Part shown: piece after piece, positions 17,025-21,510 of the stretch
Layout of the letters: each line of letters begins with the position of its first letter
Numbering within the stretch: the stretch's first letter is position 1
Translations under genes and position numbers: made by a program
Source of the DNA: an uncultured archaeon
Lineage (GTDB): Archaea > Thermoproteota > Bathyarchaeia > Bathyarchaeales > Bathycorpusculaceae
Direction: 5' to 3'
Assembly (NCBI GenBank): GCA_963782915.1
Contig: CAWALK010000009.1
Location: 1-21,510, forward strand
Length of the DNA: 21,510 bases
Notes under the pieces: model-generated
What the model saw: only the letters and a program-made list of their open reading frames with translations
The model's database searches: none
What the model was told of the DNA's origin: nothing

Positions 17025-18230
17025 CTACAGCTGTTTTCTCTTTCTTCTGTGAAGAATCAAAGCTGCCGATCCCACAGCGAGTGCTATTCCAATTATAATT
17101 ATACTAAAAATAACTGGGAGATAGAAGGAAAAAGGGATAACGGGTATAAAATAGCTCGGCAAAACTATTGCGTCGATTTCAACTTGTTGTGTGGCATTTA
17201 CTATTTTTATTTGATAGTCGTCAATGATGAACCATCCATCCCCATTCTGTTTTTGAATACCATCAATGGTTATAGTCCAGTTAAATTTGGCAAGTTTGAA
17301 TGGAAAAGTGAATATCTGGTTACCAATCCCTTGAACAGTGTAGTTTATGCCTGGTTCATGGGAGTGCCAAGTCCGAGGAGTAACGCCGGTGATTGTGAGA
17401 TTGCATTCTTGAGCGGATACTCCGAGGTCTGCTGGATAACCAGCTTGAAGGATGTATGGTAGTACGTTTCGTCCGGTTACATTTGGTACGAAGTTCCCAG
17501 CGTTTATTGCATAGGTGCTTAGAGTTAGGTTGGTGAATTCCCATGAATCGTTGTTTAGATCCGCTTGATCATATGAACCATCGACTGCGAAGTTGATTGT
17601 TGCATCACTCGCAGGTATCAAGAAATAGTCTTTGCTAGTAAAGTTTACGTTTGCTGGTACAGGAGATGGTAGAGGGGCTGTGTCAGAGCTTTCCGCTGTA
17701 TGTTGAACGTTTATCTGCACGTTTGAGGATGCCTTCTCTGTGTGGATTACCAATTGCTTATTATCGGTGTAATTCCACGATTCACCCATTTGCGAATCAT
17801 TGCCGTTTATAATTACAGTCCATTGAGTCCATCTATCAGAGTTGGGGAAAAGGTCGTTTGCATCCAACGTTTGAGTTCCAGCACCTACAACGCTATACTT
17901 TATCCACTGTAACCCCACAGAACCTATCTCAGGTTGTGACCATGACTGAAGATAATTAATAGATACATTGCAGTTCTGAGCGGAGATATGCAAGTGCCCA
18001 TTTATCGGGTATCCCCCTTTTCCGTCTGCATGTAACCCCGTGAAGTACCAGGTGCTTCCTTTAAGGTCTGCTGAGGTATAGTTAACTTCGGTTGCAAACT
18101 TGATTTGGCTATTGAGGGCAGGTATCGCAAAGGTATCTGTAGTTGATATTGATTCTGCCTGTACGATGGCTGAAATGAGCGAAGCCGAGGTCAACAGCAA
18201 GAGAATACAGGCAACGGATAGTTTATTCAT
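17025..18230 (-). CDS. Exported, C-terminally membrane-anchored protein with two tandem homologous domains
   Basis: Signal peptide MNKLSVACILLLL..., a duplicated beta-rich domain, Pro/Ser linker, C-terminal TM helix and basic tail HRRKRKQL; many N-x-S/T sequons. Confidence 0.85.
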   Translation of the reverse strand: MNKLSVACILLLLTSASLISAIVQAESISTTDTFAIPALNSQIKFATEVNYTSADLKGSTWYFTGLHADGKGGYPINGHLHISAQNCNVSINYLQSWSQPEIGSVGLQWIKYSVVGAGTQTLDANDLFPNSDRWTQWTVIINGNDSQMGESWNYTDNKQLVIHTEKASSNVQINVQHTAESSDTAPLPSPVPANVNFTSKDYFLIPASDATINFAVDGSYDQADLNNDSWEFTNLTLSTYAINAGNFVPNVTGRNVLPYILQAGYPADLGVSAQECNLTITGVTPRTWHSHEPGINYTVQGIGNQIFTFPFKLAKFNWTITIDGIQKQNGDGWFIIDDYQIKIVNATQQVEIDAIVLPSYFIPVIPFSFYLPVIFSIIIIGIALAVGSAALILHRRKRKQL

Positions 18231-18282
18231 ACAACTCACTCATTTAATCTCGTAAGTTAGTTCTTTTAGCTTTTGGCGTTGA

Positions 18283-18314
18283 TAAAAGGCTATTCGTTAA
18301 ACTTTCTTTACTAA
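18283..18314 (-). promoter_or_regulatory. TATA box plus palindromic operator, copy 1
   Basis: Plus strand TAAAAG(18283-88), then TTCGTTAA-ACTTTC-TTTACTAA (18293-18314). Confidence 0.65.
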
Positions 18315-18639
18315 GTTTGAGCTAAAAGTAGAACATATCGTCAGCTTTCTTGACCAAAGATAAAGGGTGGGTATACACCTCATCGCTGGAAAAGGTCATT
18401 GCTTTAAGTTACCAGTTTTTCGATGCCTTCTGAAAAGCACTGCTGAAGTGATTACAATTTCTTAATCCAGGCGTTTTTTTAAAAGGTGAATAATTCAAGT
18501 ATAAACCCATTCATTGGTGGAGTTTTTTACGTCCTTGCTTTTGTCCCAAGACCACGTTTTATTAAGAACTTCCAAGTTTGGATTTAACCCCGTTTGAGGG
18601 TAATTCCAGCGTACTCACCATTTTTTCATATTTTACCAA

Positions 18640-20067
18640 TCAGGCCATTGCCTTTTCTGAGACCTTAAGATCGTTTTGTTTGTGTTTTTTGAAGCAGAAA
18701 AGCAAAGCAGCACCCGCGGCAAGAACGCCTCCAGCACAAGCAGTGGCAAGAGGCACAATCGGTATGTTGGGGAAAGGCGCCTCAACATCGAAGTTGATTG
18801 TTTGGGATGTGCCTTTGTTTCCGAAAGTGTCGGTAGTATATATTATGATGTTGTGGGCACCGTTTGACAAGCTAAGAGTTATGTTGCCTGTGAATGTTAT
18901 TGGTTCTTGACCGTCTAGACTGTAGGTTGTCGTGCTAACCGGTTTTTCCACTGCGAAGACCAAAGAGACTACGGATGTATTGTATGTTTGAGTTGTTGGC
19001 GATTGAACAGTTATTCTCGGCGGGGTCGTCTTATAGAGGTACTCGTTAAGGTTGAAGGGTTGACTGGTTGGTTCGCGATAGAGTTGTATCTGGATGTTGT
19101 TGAACAAGGGCGTTGTTTGTGGTGATTGGTTTATGTCGCTGTCTTTGTAGAGTATTTTATCGCTGATCTGGCTATTTCCAAAGCCGTTGTCTCTGAAATA
19201 GTTGCGGTAAACTTTGTCGGTGTAGGTGTTGTTTTCATTAGGCCAAAGAGCTGCGACAATTATCCCGCCCACACCGTTGCTGATGAAGTTGTTTTCGGAA
19301 AAAGTGTTGTCATGACCTTCCCAAGCGTAGAGACCAGAAAGGTAGATGCCATACCAAGTGTACTCTACGTTATTTCTGGTAACGTTTGAGTAAGCTAACT
19401 CACCGCTGAAGGTACATGCGAAAGTGCCTTTTGATATGTTGTTGTAGGCAACGTTTAGGTATTTGACGCTACCATATCCCTGAATTGCCGTATGTACGTT
19501 GTTAAAAATGTTCCCTATAATGTTGCAATAAGGGGATTCAGAATCAACCCAGACGCCTGTAGACCCTGCTTCAAAGTTGTTTCCCAAGATTGTGACTCTC
19601 GATGACGCGTCTATGTCAATCGCTAAACCACAGTTTTTGAATTGGATATTTTGCACGATTACATTGTGACATTGTTGAACTATGATCCGCGCATTAGCAG
19701 AGTTGCCATAATCCCAAATGCCTTGGGAAAGCGCCAAAGTGAATTCGTTACCATCAAAGATGGCGTCGTTTTTCATGATTGTTAGTGACGTGTTGGTGAG
19801 GTCTGCTTTGAGTGTATAGAGGTTTCCTTGGCGCTCAATAGGTAGGGTTGATGGTTCTATTGTGCCGTCGGCTTTGATGTAGCCATATTCTAGGGGCACT
19901 TTTTCAATGTAAACTGGGTTCCCACCCAAAGCGGGCGCTGCCGTGGTTATGGTGAGCAGTGCCATCAAAGTGAGAAGGAAAATCTGGGCTCTGAGAGTAT
20001 TGCCCTCCCAGTTTTTGGTTTTGAAAGATTGAAGGTGTGGCAAGCTCTTATTCTTCCATCGAGTCAT
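18640..20067 (-). CDS. Surface protein: NosD/pectin-lyase-like parallel beta-helix, Ig-like domain and C-terminal TM anchor
   Basis: YIKADGTIEP..LPI.R.GN.YTL..D, Asn-rich repeats (ILGNNF, IIGNIF, VTRNNV, FSENNF), TTPP.I.V.SP...YSLDG....GAHNI..Y..D..GN, then TM helix and basic tail. The true start is probably downstream of 20067. Confidence 0.88.
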   Translation of the reverse strand: MTRWKNKSLPHLQSFKTKNWEGNTLRAQIFLLTLMALLTITTAAPALGGNPVYIEKVPLEYGYIKADGTIEPSTLPIERQGNLYTLKADLTNTSLTIMKNDAIFDGNEFTLALSQGIWDYGNSANARIIVQQCHNVIVQNIQFKNCGLAIDIDASSRVTILGNNFEAGSTGVWVDSESPYCNIIGNIFNNVHTAIQGYGSVKYLNVAYNNISKGTFACTFSGELAYSNVTRNNVEYTWYGIYLSGLYAWEGHDNTFSENNFISNGVGGIIVAALWPNENNTYTDKVYRNYFRDNGFGNSQISDKILYKDSDINQSPQTTPLFNNIQIQLYREPTSQPFNLNEYLYKTTPPRITVQSPTTQTYNTSVVSLVFAVEKPVSTTTYSLDGQEPITFTGNITLSLSNGAHNIIIYTTDTFGNKGTSQTINFDVEAPFPNIPIVPLATACAGGVLAAGAALLFCFKKHKQNDLKVSEKAMA

Positions 20068-20083
20068 GCTTCATTTTTAGCGT

Positions 20084-20115
20084 TAAAAGGGTTTTCGTCA
20101 AACTTCCTTGACTAA
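20084..20115 (-). promoter_or_regulatory. TATA box plus palindromic operator, copy 2
   Basis: TAAAAG(20084-89), then TTCGTCAA-ACTTCC-TTGACTAA (20094-20115). Confidence 0.7.
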
Positions 20116-20202
20116 GCTCAATTATAAAAACCCAAAAAACCCATCCGCCCATATAACCAATCTTGCGGCAGAAAAACTAACTCAAACCATACAATACCTC
20201 AG

Positions 20203-20475
20203 TTAAGCGGTTCTGTGTTTCCTAAATCGATACACCACAAGAACAACTAGGCAAACCGCAATAACGCAAACCAGCACAATTACGGCAAGTTCAGCCCAGC
20301 CCAAACCCAACCAGGCATTATTCACCGAAACCCACTGGATGGGCGTTGAAGAAGCCATGCTCTGCTGGACTAAAATATAAGATTCGGCAACACCGAAAGA
20401 GGGTATGGTTTGTAAAATAATCAAACTTGACAGTGCAAATACCACGACAAACAATAACACTTGGAGCTTACTCAC
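20203..20475 (-). CDS. Small membrane protein (signal-like helix plus C-terminal TM and basic tail)
   Basis: Track ORF 20203..20484; GTG at 20475 follows an AGGTG RBS; ends LVVLVVYRFRKHRTA. Confidence 0.65.
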   Translation of the reverse strand: MSKLQVLLFVVVFALSSLIILQTIPSFGVAESYILVQQSMASSTPIQWVSVNNAWLGLGWAELAVIVLVCVIAVCLVVLVVYRFRKHRTA

Positions 20476-20513
20476 GGTGGACACCTACAACAAAACGGTT
20501 GCATTGTTGGCGA

Positions 20514-20569
20514 TTAAAGCGTTCTTGTCAACGTTTCTTGACTAAACTTAGTCCGGGTTTCTTGACTAA
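20514..20569 (-). promoter_or_regulatory. TATA box plus tandem palindromic operators, copies 3 and 4
   Basis: TTAAAG(20514-19); CTTGTCAA-CGTTTC-TTGACTAA (20524-45); TTAGTCCG-GGTTTC-TTGACTAA (20548-69). Confidence 0.65.
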
Positions 20570-20782
20570 GTCTCAAACTGATAGGTTAGCGTTGAGTACC
20601 CATCCTTGAGTAAAGGATCAAGAGTCTACTTGGCAGGATCTACCTACCTCAGAGGGACCTCCCCTCCCCCTATAAAAAGTAACAAACGCAAATTAAATTA
20701 GCTAAAAATCACTAATAGAAACGATGATTTTTGCTCTTAGGGACGGTTAAAGTCACAGTAAGGAAACATCTTAAAATCGGCC

Positions 20783-21424
20783 TTAGAAATGAATTGATTG
20801 TTTTGGTAACTGTGCTGACACCACGCCTTTCTTTATCGCCGCCAAAACCGAATCTACATTCATCGAAGCCTCAACCTGCGTGCAAACACTAAACAACTCG
20901 GAGACTTGGTGTGCATCGCTGCCTGCGGTTCCGGGTAAACCGAGTTCTTTGGCGAATTCTTTGGCTTTTGCGTTGCCATCTTTACTGGTACCCCCGTTTA
21001 AGACCTCTATGGCGTCAACTTTTAGGCTTCGAGCCCGTTCGCCCATGCCATAGGTGCGGAATGGGTGGGCAACGATGGCTACGCCGCCGATTGAGTGGGC
21101 AAAATCTGCTACTGCTTCAGGTGTCCAAGGTTTGGGCGGTAACTCAAAAGTTCCCAAAACCAGCATGTCCCCGGTTGGCGTGCCGTCTTCTATGGTACTG
21201 ATTTCGCAGCCCGGAATAATTAGGATATCTGGATAGGCTTTTGCTAATCCGATTGTGGGTTTGTTGGCTCTTACGCTGTCATGGTCCGTGACTGCTGCGA
21301 CTTTTATGTAGAGGTGTGCGTTTAGCATGTCAACGAGTGTTTTAGGTTGGACTAGGGAGTCTGCTGAGTAGACGGTATGTAGGTGGAGGTCTGCGTATAG
21401 GGTGCCTGGTTTTGGCGGGGTCAT
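20783..21424 (-). CDS. PHP-domain metal-dependent phosphoesterase
   Basis: DLHLHT.YS.D, VTDHD, PGCEIST, AHP, IEVLNG, GSDAH. Confidence 0.92.
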   Translation of the reverse strand: MTPPKPGTLYADLHLHTVYSADSLVQPKTLVDMLNAHLYIKVAAVTDHDSVRANKPTIGLAKAYPDILIIPGCEISTIEDGTPTGDMLVLGTFELPPKPWTPEAVADFAHSIGGVAIVAHPFRTYGMGERARSLKVDAIEVLNGGTSKDGNAKAKEFAKELGLPGTAGSDAHQVSELFSVCTQVEASMNVDSVLAAIKKGVVSAQLPKQSIHF

Positions 21425-21510
21425 AATTGGGCTTATAGGTGATTGGGGGTAAAAAAGATATTTGAAGCAGTCAGAGAACTGCCCGATTTTTTGCTTATTT
21501 TTCCAATGCT

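Noticed and set aside
1-21510. CRISPR array, rRNA or complete tRNA
   Set aside because: No regularly spaced repeats, cas genes or complete RNA-gene structures were seen.

Overview
Archaeal DNA (TATA/BRE promoters, GGTG/GGAGG RBSs, archaeal gene families). Gene content most resembles Bathyarchaeia, which is an inference. Three zones. (1) ~1-8600: an AT-richer accessory region full of indel-broken small genes: a zinc finger, a DUF7662-like plus nuclease-like fusion, two ATP-dependent ligase C-terminal remnants, two PolB2-associated small helical protein paralogs, a stand-alone Lrp/AsnC domain, an orphan kaiB, wHTH regulators, two tandem hairpin sRNA candidates, and a zinc-ribbon tyrosine integrase at the right edge. 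(2) ~8667-16400: core genes. On +: UPF0200 kinase, UPF0201, MBL hydrolase and class II HMG-CoA reductase. On -: an operon of beta-CASP RNase, archaemetzincin and presenilin-like protease, followed by a DUF362 protein. (3) ~17025-21424: three minus-strand exported or membrane-anchored protein genes sharing a palindromic operator at a fixed distance from their TATA boxes, then a PHP phosphoesterase. Frameshifts are dense on the left, reach into core genes up to ~9930, and are not evident after ~10000. Many may be long-read indel errors rather than true pseudogenes. Family assignments come from motif recognition, not database searches.
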